Below are positions 38,024 to 48,422 of a stretch of 64,000 nucleotides of DNA, one piece after another. Position 1 is the first letter of the stretch; each line of letters starts with the position of its first letter. Location: positions 9,122 to 73,121 of the forward strand of contig JABJEI010000012.1 of the NCBI GenBank assembly GCA_018663245.1, given 5' to 3'. The stretch comes from a bacterium. Its GTDB lineage: Bacteria > Babelota > Babeliae > Babelales > JABJEI01. The position numbers were made by a program, and so were the translations under genes. The notes beneath the pieces were generated by a model. That model did no database searches and was not told the origin of the DNA. It saw nothing but the letters and a program-made list of their open reading frames with translations.

Positions 38024-40507
38024 ATGCAGGACATAAAAAAACTACTATTGCTTGTACCTCTAATGCTATGCCAATACTCATCAGCAAAAGATCATGACAT
38101 CTCTGTAAAAGAGGCCGTCACAAGGCAAGCAACTACACAGCAATCAGATCATGTAGACAAAAAAGATGAGTATCAAACTCCTCCTGGCCTTACGCCACTA
38201 TACATAAACAAAATCGAAATCGAAGGCACGACAAACGTATCGCACCTTGCAATACGCAACCGAATTCCTTACCGTACGGGCGACAAATTCGACCCTGCAA
38301 AAACACGCACTCTAATTAAAAATCTTTATAGTCTAGGTGACTTTAGCCAAATAAAAATAGTTGGCCAAGCTGTTGGTCATGATAAAATCAACCTGATAGT
38401 AAAGCTAACTTCAGACAAAATTAAGGTCGAAAAGTTTGTTTACAAAGGCAACAAAAGCCTCACAGAGGCAACCATCAACAAGAATCAACATTTTGATGGT
38501 ATTAAGACAATCAGCGACAAAGAACTTAATCTACTTATACGTAAGCTGAAAAAAGAATATCGAGAGCTAAACTTCCATAATCCAGAAATAACTGCGGCCA
38601 TGGAAGTGAAAGACAACCGAGCAACGGTTACTTTTGACATTATCGAAGGCATACGCTCATACATTAAAAAGGTGCGCTTTACCGGCAATAAACACCTGAC
38701 AAGCAAGCTTCTACGAGGCAAAATATTTACACGTGAAGACTGGATTCTTGGCTTCACTAACGGTGCAGGTTCATACAAACCTGAAGCTGTAGAAATGGAT
38801 CGACACATCATAGAGAATGTCTACCAAAGCAGTGGCTACATGAACGCACGCGTGACTGAAGCCAAAATTGATATTGATCCAAAAACAAAACAGATCAATG
38901 TCACATTCGACATCGATGAGGGCAATCGTTTTACCGTCAGTAAAATAAGCGCCCCTGGCAACGACCTCAAAAGTGAAGAAGAGCTTCTTAACCGTATACC
39001 AATTCATGTCGGCAACTATTACTCAAAAGAGGCCATCCGAGATGCGATGGAACGACTACGAATAGTCTGGGGCGAGTTTGGTTACATTTACGCCGACATA
39101 AATCCTATTGTTATTCCTAATCCAGAGACTAAAACCGTCAGCATCACTCTACAAAGTGAGCTTGGCCAAAAGATGCGCCTCAAAAGAATCAACATCAAGG
39201 GCAACAAAAAGACCCGCGACAAGGTTATACGCCGCAAGGTGACCATGTACGAGGGAGAAACTATCACAACGCAAAAAATGGAGCGCTCCAAGGAACGTAT
39301 TCACGCCCTAGGCTACTTTGACATGAATCAAGGTGTATCGTGGCGTATACGCAGGATTTCTGATGGTATGGCCGATCTTGACCTGAACCTCAAAGAGGTC
39401 AAAACAGGTAAGTTTAATATTTCTGCCGGTTTTGGTGGGTCACCAAAAGATATAACCTCAACCATAAAATCTCTGTACGTTAACGGAATGGTCGCCGAAA
39501 GTAACCTGTTTGGTTCAGGAATCAACGTCGCTGCAAACGGTGGCCTTGGTAAAGAACAACGACATCTTTCACTAAGCGTTTCCGATCCATGGCTCCTTGA
39601 CCGCCCAATGAGCGGAACGGCAGAATTTTATCACCGTAATTCATCGTATGATGAAATTCATAGCACGACAAAACAACCGGATGAAAAACTAACCGGTCTA
39701 AATCTAAGTCTTGGCTACATCGCTCCATCACTCGGGTACACACAAGTAAACGGACAACTTTGTGTTGAGCGAATAGATTATAAAGATGCTCCACTTTCAT
39801 CACTTTCTGGAACAGACGCCATCTACAAAAGTCTTTATCAGACCTTGCTTGATCGCCGGTTCAAGAAAGGTGATACTCTAAGCCTGTCCGGCACACTAAG
39901 CCAGGATTTGCGCAACCATCCGATGCATCCAAGCCGTGGTTACCATTGGCATCTGACATCACGAATAGCATTGCCAGTCACCAAAAACTCATTCAAGTTT
40001 GTAAAATGTGAAGGAATGGCAGTTTGGTATACACCACTGATTAATGAATATGACCTGATTTTTGCAATGCGCGCCTTTGGTGGTATTACAGTTCCATACT
40101 CTAACTCAAATTTACCCTACCGTGAGCTGTACCACATCGGCGGACCTGCAAGTGTGCGTGGCTACGTGTTTGGGCAAGTTGGTCCATCCGCATTTAACGA
40201 TTCGCTAGGTGCAAAAAAAGCATTCTACATCAACAACGAACTACAGTTCAGAATAACCCAAGACATGAACATGCGTGGCGTTATCTTCTATGATGGTGGT
40301 GCCGGTTGGGATACTCCTGATGCATCTGTCTTGCCTGAAAGCGTATTAAAAAACAATCGCTTCAGCTATCGTCACTCAGTTGGATTTGGTATTCGCCTTG
40401 AACGACCAACACCGGTCAAAATTGATTGGGGCTTTAAGCTTAACCGCAACAAGAAACGTGGCGAAAAGGTAAGTGAAGTTAACTTCACGGCTCTAGGTAC
40501 TTTCTAA
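38024..40507 (+). CDS. bamA: Outer membrane protein assembly factor BamA
   Basis: POTRA repeats, GNKKTRDKVIRR, IGGPASVRGY, C-terminal F. Confidence 0.95.
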   Translation: MQDIKKLLLLVPLMLCQYSSAKDHDISVKEAVTRQATTQQSDHVDKKDEYQTPPGLTPLYINKIEIEGTTNVSHLAIRNRIPYRTGDKFDPAKTRTLIKNLYSLGDFSQIKIVGQAVGHDKINLIVKLTSDKIKVEKFVYKGNKSLTEATINKNQHFDGIKTISDKELNLLIRKLKKEYRELNFHNPEITAAMEVKDNRATVTFDIIEGIRSYIKKVRFTGNKHLTSKLLRGKIFTREDWILGFTNGAGSYKPEAVEMDRHIIENVYQSSGYMNARVTEAKIDIDPKTKQINVTFDIDEGNRFTVSKISAPGNDLKSEEELLNRIPIHVGNYYSKEAIRDAMERLRIVWGEFGYIYADINPIVIPNPETKTVSITLQSELGQKMRLKRINIKGNKKTRDKVIRRKVTMYEGETITTQKMERSKERIHALGYFDMNQGVSWRIRRISDGMADLDLNLKEVKTGKFNISAGFGGSPKDITSTIKSLYVNGMVAESNLFGSGINVAANGGLGKEQRHLSLSVSDPWLLDRPMSGTAEFYHRNSSYDEIHSTTKQPDEKLTGLNLSLGYIAPSLGYTQVNGQLCVERIDYKDAPLSSLSGTDAIYKSLYQTLLDRRFKKGDTLSLSGTLSQDLRNHPMHPSRGYHWHLTSRIALPVTKNSFKFVKCEGMAVWYTPLINEYDLIFAMRAFGGITVPYSNSNLPYRELYHIGGPASVRGYVFGQVGPSAFNDSLGAKKAFYINNELQFRITQDMNMRGVIFYDGGAGWDTPDASVLPESVLKNNRFSYRHSVGFGIRLERPTPVKIDWGFKLNRNKKRGEKVSEVNFTALGTF

Positions 40508-40649
40508 TACTTGAATTTTTTGCGATCCGTACGCCGAAACAGGGGAGTTGCTTCCCTTGTCTCGGCGCCGTTTCAGCAAAGACGAATTAGCCAAGTAAGG
40601 CCCTATCAAGTACTACCTCCCAATCTAAATAACCCTCCCATCTTGCCTA

Positions 40650-40852
40650 TTGCCTCTGCATGCCCTTCGTAGCTTTAGCGAAGTAGGGTCATCCCCGGCT
40701 TTGAACGGGGATCCAGTCTTTCAGTAGCTCATTTTATAAATTGGGTTATGTAGACGTTTTGATGATTTTATTTTGTAGATTAACTATGCAATCCTATTTT
40801 ACGGATGTTATTTCTAGTTCTGGATCCCCGTTCAAAGCCGGGGATGACAAGG
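40650..40852. repeat. REPIN-like doublet (locus R5)
   Basis: Perfect inverted arms GTCATCCCCGGCTTTGAACGGGGATCCAG at 40688-40716 and 40820-40848, plus hairpin unit 40653-40688. Confidence 0.9.
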
Positions 40853-40953
40853 AAAAAAAGCTTTATAAGTTACAGGCTAAAGTGGATACAACTCTATACT
40901 AAATGATCACCTCCCTGGTAGCATAATTTTGTTACCAGGAGGATTCAAAAATA

Positions 40954-41241
40954 ATGAAGCGCACTCAAAGAAGCCTGTCATTTATGGTAATTTTTGTTGC
41001 TGCCCAAATCTTTTTTATTTTTTTCCATCTTTTTTATCAAAGCATAAAAATAAAAGGTAACTACAAAAATCAGCGCTTAACTGAGCAGCTAAAACAGCTC
41101 CATTTAAATATTGACCAACTACAACAAAAACTAGCCGCCCACAAAGATCTAAAAAAAGTAAAAGGCTATGCAACAAATAAATTAAAGATGAAGTCACTAA
41201 AAGTTGGCGACATGTCCAAGGTTCCTGACAATGCAGGCTAG
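40954..41241 (+). CDS. ftsL: FtsL-like cell division protein
   Basis: TM helix + coiled coil + A..KLKM, immediately upstream of a class B PBP. Confidence 0.65.
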   Translation: MKRTQRSLSFMVIFVAAQIFFIFFHLFYQSIKIKGNYKNQRLTEQLKQLHLNIDQLQQKLAAHKDLKKVKGYATNKLKMKSLKVGDMSKVPDNAG

Positions 41242-42898
41242 ACAGTACAAAATTCGCTCAGCCTTGCTCTTTGTTGGATTATTTTTAGTATACGCCAGCC
41301 TAACATTACGGCTTGTTCACCTGCACACCTACGGCCGCAAGCGACTTCTAGACTATGCCGACAGTCAGTACAACGTCACGCTCACAACATACCCCGAACG
41401 TGCGCACATTCTTGACCGCAACAGACATCGACTAGTAACCAACAAAAAAAGCTCTACTGCATTCATCATCCCCTCCAAAATTGAACAGCCAGACAAGCTC
41501 AACTTGATACTAAAAAAACATTTTCCTGTTGCGTACAAACGGTTACAAAAAGCCAACAAAAAATCATGCCACTTCATTTATGTTGCTAGACGATTAACAA
41601 GCCAACAGCTAAACATTCTCGAACAAGCACAATGCCCGGACATTCATTATCTGCAAGAACCAAGTCGCTTTTGCCACCATCCATCAGCCGGCTCCATTGT
41701 CGGGTTGGTAGACATCGACGGCAAAGGTGTGTGCGGAATTGAGTGGGCGCGTAACAAGCAGCTTGCCGGAAGCCCAACAACAAAGATCTTGCAAAAAGAT
41801 GCACGTTCCCGCAATTACTACTTTAAAGAACTTGAGAGCATCGAGGGCAAAGCACCTGACCCTGTCTACCTAACCATAGACAGCCAAGTACAATTTTTGG
41901 TTCAAGAAGAGCTAGAAGCAGCAGCAAGTAAGTGGAAAGCTGAATTGGCTATGGCCGTTGTTATGGATCCAAAAACCGGCGAAATCATTGCCATGGCCCA
42001 AAACCCAACCTTTGACCCAAACAATACACGAACCTTGAATATCGGACAGACCAAGCATACCGTTATCAGCGACGCCTACGAACTAGGCTCTGTTGTTAAA
42101 ATATTTGTCGCATTAGCCGCGCTTGAAGAAGAACTTGTAACCCCTGATGAACCAATAAACTGTCAATTTACTGAGGAAGGACGAGTTCACGGCCGCCCCG
42201 TAAATACCTGGCGAGCTGATGGGATTATTCCTTTTTCAGAAGTTATTCAGGCCTCCAACAACATTGGAACCGTTATCGTTGCATTCCGTTTAGGAAAACA
42301 TCTTTACGATCATTACAAGCGACTTGGATTCTCACAACCAACCGGCATAGAGCTTCCCGGTCAACAGGTAGGGTTTGTCACAGCACCCGAACGCTGGTCT
42401 AAGCAATCGTTGGTGTCATTAGCCTTTGGATATGAAATTAGATCGTCACTACTGCAACTTGCACGGGCATTCTCACTTTTCATCAACGGTGGCAAGTTGA
42501 TTAAGCCACACGTAATTCAAAATGACAGTCTGATGATGAGCAACCTTGCACAGCCACAGCTGTACAGTAATCGCGCTTTACAACAGATGCGACAAATTTT
42601 GCGGCAAACAATCGAGTCTGGAACAGCTCGTAGGGGAAGAATAACCGGATACACAGTCATGGGTAAAACGGGAACGGCAAATCTTGTGGTTAACAAAAAG
42701 TACAGTCAAGAGCATAACATCTACACATTCACAGGAAGCATTGAACAAGGTGATTATGCCAGAGTAATTGTAGTAAGTATAAAGAATATTGTTGACAACA
42801 AAGAACATCTTTTTGCATCAACAGTAGCGGTGCCACTGTTCAGATCCATCGCCGAAAAATTAGTTGTTCATGATCGAATAGTTTCTCACAAGGCATAA
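41231..42898 (+). CDS. ftsI: Class B penicillin-binding protein (FtsI/PBP3-like)
   Basis: RAHILDRN, GIE, LTIDSQVQ, SVVK (SxxK), SNN (SxN), KTG. Confidence 0.9.
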   Translation: MQARQYKIRSALLFVGLFLVYASLTLRLVHLHTYGRKRLLDYADSQYNVTLTTYPERAHILDRNRHRLVTNKKSSTAFIIPSKIEQPDKLNLILKKHFPVAYKRLQKANKKSCHFIYVARRLTSQQLNILEQAQCPDIHYLQEPSRFCHHPSAGSIVGLVDIDGKGVCGIEWARNKQLAGSPTTKILQKDARSRNYYFKELESIEGKAPDPVYLTIDSQVQFLVQEELEAAASKWKAELAMAVVMDPKTGEIIAMAQNPTFDPNNTRTLNIGQTKHTVISDAYELGSVVKIFVALAALEEELVTPDEPINCQFTEEGRVHGRPVNTWRADGIIPFSEVIQASNNIGTVIVAFRLGKHLYDHYKRLGFSQPTGIELPGQQVGFVTAPERWSKQSLVSLAFGYEIRSSLLQLARAFSLFINGGKLIKPHVIQNDSLMMSNLAQPQLYSNRALQQMRQILRQTIESGTARRGRITGYTVMGKTGTANLVVNKKYSQEHNIYTFTGSIEQGDYARVIVVSIKNIVDNKEHLFASTVAVPLFRSIAEKLVVHDRIVSHKA

Positions 42899-42930
42899 AA
42901 AAAAGGGCGACCCCAACGGGATCGCCCTTT
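42897..42930. terminator. Bidirectional terminator
   Basis: AAAAAAAGGGCGA-CCCCAACGGGA-TCGCCCTTT between convergent genes. Confidence 0.7.
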
Positions 42931-42954
42931 AAACGTGTAATTCAGCGAACTGAA

Positions 42955-43464
42955 TTATGCAAGTTTTTTATGGCTGTCGTGTCGCTTGAAAATCTTGCCG
43001 AAAGGCTTAGCTACTGTTTTAGCAGCTGATTTTGTTGCTTTCCATGCACTTTTAGCAACGTTGCCGATACCAGAGTAAGCACCGAAACGGTAACCAACGT
43101 AACCGATTCCAGCAGCTGCAGCAGTTACGCCAACAGTTGTTAGAGGGTTTTCTTTTGCCCATGAGTAACCATCTTTAGCGCCATTCCATGACCAGTTTGC
43201 TACAGACTTGGTTGTATCCCAAGACTTAACAGCAACTTTTTTACCAGCGCCATAAACGGAAGTAGTAACTTTTTTACCAGCGCCATATACGGAAGAACCG
43301 ACATACTTAACAGCACCAGTAGTAGCATTAGCACTTGTGGCAACAGCTTTGTAAACAGCGTTATCTTCGCTGTAACCAACTTTAGGACTATCAACAACAG
43401 CACCACTATTAGAAATGGCACCTGCCATGACTGCTAGAAGCAGACCAACTTTAATTTTTTGCAT
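42955..43464 (-). CDS. Exported protein with 11-aa amphipathic repeats and a hydrophobic anchor
   Basis: Start MQKIKVG after AAGGA; SVYGAGKKV duplicated; ENP + hydrophobic stretch. Confidence 0.8.
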   Translation of the reverse strand: MQKIKVGLLLAVMAGAISNSGAVVDSPKVGYSEDNAVYKAVATSANATTGAVKYVGSSVYGAGKKVTTSVYGAGKKVAVKSWDTTKSVANWSWNGAKDGYSWAKENPLTTVGVTAAAAGIGYVGYRFGAYSGIGNVAKSAWKATKSAAKTVAKPFGKIFKRHDSHKKLA

Positions 43465-43729
43465 AACGTAAGATTCCTTTCTATACGTTGCTTGAACATA
43501 AATAATCAAAAAACCAGTGATTTCAAATCTAGATACATTGCAAGGTGTAATTATCTTAAAAGACGACATTACACGCTAACAGTGCAAAAACAGAATACAT
43601 GAACTAAAAGAAAACTGCAAATGCAACTGATGCTTTTTGAAGAACAGTAGATCTTTTCTATGGGTACAATAATGTGTTACAACAATGGTCGACGTGTGTC
43701 ACATGCTACCAAAGGTCAAGGATATATTG

Positions 43730-45139
43730 ATGAGGCAACAACAGATATTGTTTTGTTTAGCGCTAATTACCCTTACCATGCCTATGCATGCGAGACGCTT
43801 AACATCGCTCAGCCAATCGTTTTTGTTTACACGGCCAGCTTACGACAATCTAGGCGCCAGAGAAGCTTTATGGGACCAAGCTAGCTACGGGGCCCAAGAA
43901 ACCTGTCTGAATGGCATACAAGCAAGTGCATTTGCAACCCAAAGCATTAGTTCATCGCAAGATGGCCAATACTTCATGTTTGATAAAAAGAATAAGCTGA
44001 TTGTCGGTGGTAGCGATCACGCAGATCGTGATGTACTATTAACATGGCTTGATAGCAGCAGTACCGAAACTGGCTTTAGAGAATTTATCGAGATCAAGCC
44101 CAAAACAAAGCAGTACGGAGCAATGCTCCAGCTACACCACTGCCTTGGCCAGCACACCTCGTTTAAACTGTTTAAGCGTCTATGGTTAGAAATGAGCGCA
44201 CCATTCACCATTACAAAAAACGATTTACAGCTAACAGCCTCACAAACGCTTACCGACCTATTCAATCGCGCAGACTTAACAGCAGCTAAGCTAAGCCCTA
44301 CAGAACGATCAAAGACAAACATTGCCGAAGTTATCGTACAGCTCGGCACGTCATTCATAAATAACGATAATTTTTTGTTGTCAACTCGCACTGGAGTTGG
44401 AATACCGACTGCAGGCAGCCCCGACTCAACCTACACCTTCAACCCTGTTATGGGACCAAACGGTCACTTTTCTCTAATATCAAACATCAACGCACAGCTA
44501 CCACTAACCAAAGATGACGCCAATGGCTTTGTTGGAATAGTAGGTGCGGTGCAACAGCGATATTACTTGCCCAACAAGCAGTACCGCGTTCTTGACCTTG
44601 ACGAGAAACCATGGAGTCGATACCTACAGTTCCGTAAAGAAGGCGAAACTGCGACCGTACCGGGAGTTAAAATACTCAATCAGTACGTAACAGTCGACCC
44701 ATACAATCACATCGACCTGTATGCAGGGATGCGCTTTAAGCGTGGCGGAGCTCAAATGGACCTTGGTTATAATTTGTGGGTTCACCCAACCGAGCAGATT
44801 ACGCTAGCCAAAGACGGTAACGATACTTTCACACCCGACTTCACCCTGTACGGAATAGCAGGCTCAACCAGTGCTAAATCTGCTAGTGCTAGTACTATCA
44901 AAACACTGGCAATCGATGACACCGGCGGCTTCATCGTACTCAAAGAAGCCGACATTGACTTGGCCTCAGGGGCATCTCAGGGTACATCGCTTCACCGTAT
45001 CAGCGCTTCAATTGGCGCAAAGGGCAAACATAAAGATACAGCCGGATTTGGCATGATATCTATTTTTTATGAAGCACCGTACAACTGGGCAAATTTCCAT
45101 CAATGGGGAGCGTGGTTCAAAATGGGTGTAACTTGGTAA
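43730..45139 (+). CDS. Probable outer-membrane beta-barrel protein
   Basis: Signal ending MHA; alternating aromatic strands; C-terminal WGAWFKMGVTW. Confidence 0.7.
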   Translation: MRQQQILFCLALITLTMPMHARRLTSLSQSFLFTRPAYDNLGAREALWDQASYGAQETCLNGIQASAFATQSISSSQDGQYFMFDKKNKLIVGGSDHADRDVLLTWLDSSSTETGFREFIEIKPKTKQYGAMLQLHHCLGQHTSFKLFKRLWLEMSAPFTITKNDLQLTASQTLTDLFNRADLTAAKLSPTERSKTNIAEVIVQLGTSFINNDNFLLSTRTGVGIPTAGSPDSTYTFNPVMGPNGHFSLISNINAQLPLTKDDANGFVGIVGAVQQRYYLPNKQYRVLDLDEKPWSRYLQFRKEGETATVPGVKILNQYVTVDPYNHIDLYAGMRFKRGGAQMDLGYNLWVHPTEQITLAKDGNDTFTPDFTLYGIAGSTSAKSASASTIKTLAIDDTGGFIVLKEADIDLASGASQGTSLHRISASIGAKGKHKDTAGFGMISIFYEAPYNWANFHQWGAWFKMGVTW

Positions 45140-45232
45140 AAAGATATGATAACTAAACTTTTTTAGCCTAAAACCACAAAGAAAGGGCACAATGACATAG
45201 GGGGAATCAAAGCTTAAACAGGGGACAGATTC

Positions 45233-46039
45233 GTGATGGGACACATCAATAAGGCCTTTCGTGCCTTTACATTTTTTTTATCAATTTTTGCATTTTTGCA
45301 CACACACTCAATGTATAAAAGCACCTCAAGGTTGCTTCAAATTGATCTTCAGCAGTACTTTTGCGAAAAACGCTATCAACGCAAAGATCTCAAAAAAAAT
45401 TTACGGGCTAAAAGTCGACAACAAAAAGAACTACGCAAACTTCAACATCAAACCGCTCGGCTAGCTCGCATACAAAATCTTCAAAATATACAAAAAAATG
45501 TTAACTCATTGCCACAAAAATTAACCGGTACGGGGTTCACTTTAAGCAATGATCGTAAAAGTATTTGTGCTCCTAGAAGAGCAATACAAAAAGGATACGA
45601 TTACTTCAAAGAGAATCCTCTTTGCTATCATGATAATTCAAAAATCATTGTCGATCTAGAGCATGTTTTTGGATTTGCATGGAAGAATGACTGTATTCAT
45701 GGCGGACATTTTGACCCACAAAATCGCCTTAAAAAAGCAGCTGTTCTTAAAACAACAAATGAACAAGCAAATCCAAACCAGGCCTACACAGCTCAAGCAG
45801 AATTGCCAGGCATAACGCGGTCATGCAAAAAAAGCTTTTTCCCGCCGACCTGGAGACCAGAACAGGTATGCAGTAGCCTGAAAGGAGCTCTAAAAAACCC
45901 TATCAATGAAATTAAACGAGAAAAATCTGCCCTGGTAATTGCAGGCAAAGATCTCGTAAGCAATCTGAAACTTATTATTTACGCCAACAAGAAAGATTGC
46001 GGACAACTCAACATAGTCAGTTTTTTCCCAAATGTTTAG
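45233..46039 (+). CDS. Secreted protein with C-terminal bacterial EndoU nuclease domain
   Basis: LEHVFG..IHGGH..KKSFFPPTW..IVSFFP pattern of EndoU toxins. Confidence 0.75.
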   Translation: MMGHINKAFRAFTFFLSIFAFLHTHSMYKSTSRLLQIDLQQYFCEKRYQRKDLKKNLRAKSRQQKELRKLQHQTARLARIQNLQNIQKNVNSLPQKLTGTGFTLSNDRKSICAPRRAIQKGYDYFKENPLCYHDNSKIIVDLEHVFGFAWKNDCIHGGHFDPQNRLKKAAVLKTTNEQANPNQAYTAQAELPGITRSCKKSFFPPTWRPEQVCSSLKGALKNPINEIKREKSALVIAGKDLVSNLKLIIYANKKDCGQLNIVSFFPNV

Positions 46040-46240
46040 CCTGAACAAGTACTAGCAAAAAGCTAATTATCGCTTACAAAATCAATCGATAAAGGCCATA
46101 CGCAAATCACACAACAATAAGGCCGGCACCGACCCACAGATCATTTGCTTTTATTTTAATAAAATATTGCAATTGGAATATTAAATCTGTTACCCTGATA
46201 ATATAAGAAGGAAGTAAAACTTCATGAATCGGGGGATAAT

Positions 46241-46552
46241 ATGAAGAAAATAATTAACATACTAAGCGCTATGCTTGTAATTCTATCTACAGGAATAGCT
46301 TGCGCCGGTATTGCAATAACGAATAAATGTAATGAAATGATAACCGTCAGTGCATTACGCAACAGGCGTATTGTCGCCCACAAAATGGGTGCCAATAAAT
46401 ACTGCACAATGGACGAAACACCCAACCACATATCAGTTAGAGTACAGGGTGCAGATATCAGCTTTAAGCCAAAGTCTGGCTGCATTTACATAGCAAGCTG
46501 CGGCAGCAATGGACCTCGCATAACCCGAGTGAATCGCGTCAACAGTAATTAA
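46241..46552 (+). CDS. Small secreted hypothetical protein
   Basis: GGGGGA RBS, signal peptide, 4 Cys in the mature part. Confidence 0.65.
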   Translation: MKKIINILSAMLVILSTGIACAGIAITNKCNEMITVSALRNRRIVAHKMGANKYCTMDETPNHISVRVQGADISFKPKSGCIYIASCGSNGPRITRVNRVNSN

Positions 46553-47787
46553 GTCCAAGCAGAAGACAATTTAAGCAACTTACAGCGCTTGATATGCGCC
46601 AGATGCTTACCCCACTTGTCTAGCAACCAGATTGGACGCCGCTTACTACAAGCAGTCAGTAAATCTTTGTAAGTTTCTATACCCTCAAACATTCTGTTAA
46701 GCGGCAACTCATGCACCAATCCATACCCTCCACCGTAACCACGAGCCTCGATAAGTAGGCCTTTTTTTGCATTACTAACCGCAACAACATGCCCCGGAAA
46801 CCAAATTAAATCCCCATCATCAACAACCTGTCCCCGTTTTATCGGTTTCATGAATTTAGCCAATGTTGTCGAAGTCTCAAAGAAGTATGGCAAACCGGCC
46901 ATCTGTGTAGCCATCAACACCATATTTGAGCAATCAAGGCCCATTTTAGGCGAATGTGTTGCCTGCTCACGGTGATAATAAAAGTTACATAATCCTGGCT
47001 CACCCGGAAGTTTTGAAAATGCCTCTTTGGTACAGCGCACATCAGGGCTACGACCGCTCCAGACATACGGTATAAAGCCGTCATCATTACGGCACCAAGA
47101 ACGAATAATTCCCAAAAAATCACTAATTCGCCTAGTAATAGACTTAGCCTGAACGTCACTTGCCTTGATCAAATTTTCGGTTGGTATATCGACATTCAAC
47201 ACTTTGCTACAAAGGCTATCCAGCATCCAAACCCCCGTTGTCCGCGCATCGCGCCTACCATCGCACATAAATCTAACTCCCGCACACAGCAACCGACCAT
47301 CCGGCGATTGCCAAGATTTACCCAGGGTTACCAAATTATCTGGGCACAGAGTACTTGCATCATTAAACGATACTGCCGGCGGCAAATTAGCAAGATTAAT
47401 CCCCCGCTTATCTAAGGTCTCAAGTGGCACAATGCTCGACTTATTTACCCAATATTTAGATGCTGTATACCCCTTTTTGCGTTTTTTTAGTGATGCACTC
47501 TCGATAGCGACAAATGCATAATCTTCACGCATTTTTACCACCGTTACAATCTCATTAAATAGCAGCTGATGCCCTCGAGAACAGCGACGAGCATGATCGG
47601 CAAAACAAATCGGACCGTTCGTATGGAACGCCAACTTACCCGGCCATTTTGGAATAAAACCTGTATGCATGTCAGCAACTGGCACACAGCAAATAGCTTG
47701 ATATGGTTTGCCCTTCTTAAAAGCATTGCCATGCCAACAGCCAGCTACAAAAATAAAAAAACAAAAAGTAGATAGTAAACGTTTCAT
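46549..47787 (-). CDS. NlpC/P60 family peptidoglycan peptidase (YkfC-like)
   Basis: IPYVWSG..GLDCS..GDLIWFPGHV; N-terminal SH3-like QLLFNEIVTV. Confidence 0.8.
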   Translation of the reverse strand: MKRLLSTFCFFIFVAGCWHGNAFKKGKPYQAICCVPVADMHTGFIPKWPGKLAFHTNGPICFADHARRCSRGHQLLFNEIVTVVKMREDYAFVAIESASLKKRKKGYTASKYWVNKSSIVPLETLDKRGINLANLPPAVSFNDASTLCPDNLVTLGKSWQSPDGRLLCAGVRFMCDGRRDARTTGVWMLDSLCSKVLNVDIPTENLIKASDVQAKSITRRISDFLGIIRSWCRNDDGFIPYVWSGRSPDVRCTKEAFSKLPGEPGLCNFYYHREQATHSPKMGLDCSNMVLMATQMAGLPYFFETSTTLAKFMKPIKRGQVVDDGDLIWFPGHVVAVSNAKKGLLIEARGYGGGYGLVHELPLNRMFEGIETYKDLLTACSKRRPIWLLDKWGKHLAHIKRCKLLKLSSAWT

Positions 47788-47974
47788 GACAAGCGTCCCC
47801 CTTAATAAAATCCCTTACCCCCAGACTATCCAAGCAGAGACCTTAATCACAAGAGACCATCAGTTCAAAAATGAAACCTCAAAAGAAAGTTAAAATGCAC
47901 AAATTATTGATATTCTATTTTGAAATTTATTAAACTTAATATGATAAGAAACAACAATAAAAAAGGAATTCGTC

Positions 47975-48412
47975 ATGAAAAGGCTACATAAAATTCTTAT
48001 AATTCTGCTTACCATTGCACCTTTGGTCAAAGCGCGCCTTGTAAATTTCCGCAATAACTCAGACAACAACAGCACGGCAAGGTTGACCGCCACAGATCTA
48101 ACCAAAAACAAAAAATACACAATGCAGCCAAAAGCGATCTCACCATTGATGAACATTAGACCGTCAGACCTGCTAGTTGTTAAGCACGATCGCATCCCAG
48201 GGACACACTACATTCAAATCACAAAGGGCTCCTTACCAATCACAATTAATGCCAGCACGGCTATGCGCTTAACCGGACACAATCAACGTCAACGAGTAAA
48301 GAAACATGGGAAATTTATCCACCACACAAGCTCATACAGGACCATACAGACAGCATCTAAGCACCTGACTTACCCCATCAAAGAGTTGGAGTTTGTTGCG
48401 ACGACAAACTAA
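47975..48412 (+). CDS. Secreted hypothetical protein
   Basis: AAGGA RBS, signal ending VKA. Confidence 0.7.
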   Translation: MKRLHKILIILLTIAPLVKARLVNFRNNSDNNSTARLTATDLTKNKKYTMQPKAISPLMNIRPSDLLVVKHDRIPGTHYIQITKGSLPITINASTAMRLTGHNQRQRVKKHGKFIHHTSSYRTIQTASKHLTYPIKELEFVATTN

Positions 48413-48422
48413 TAAACAATCC

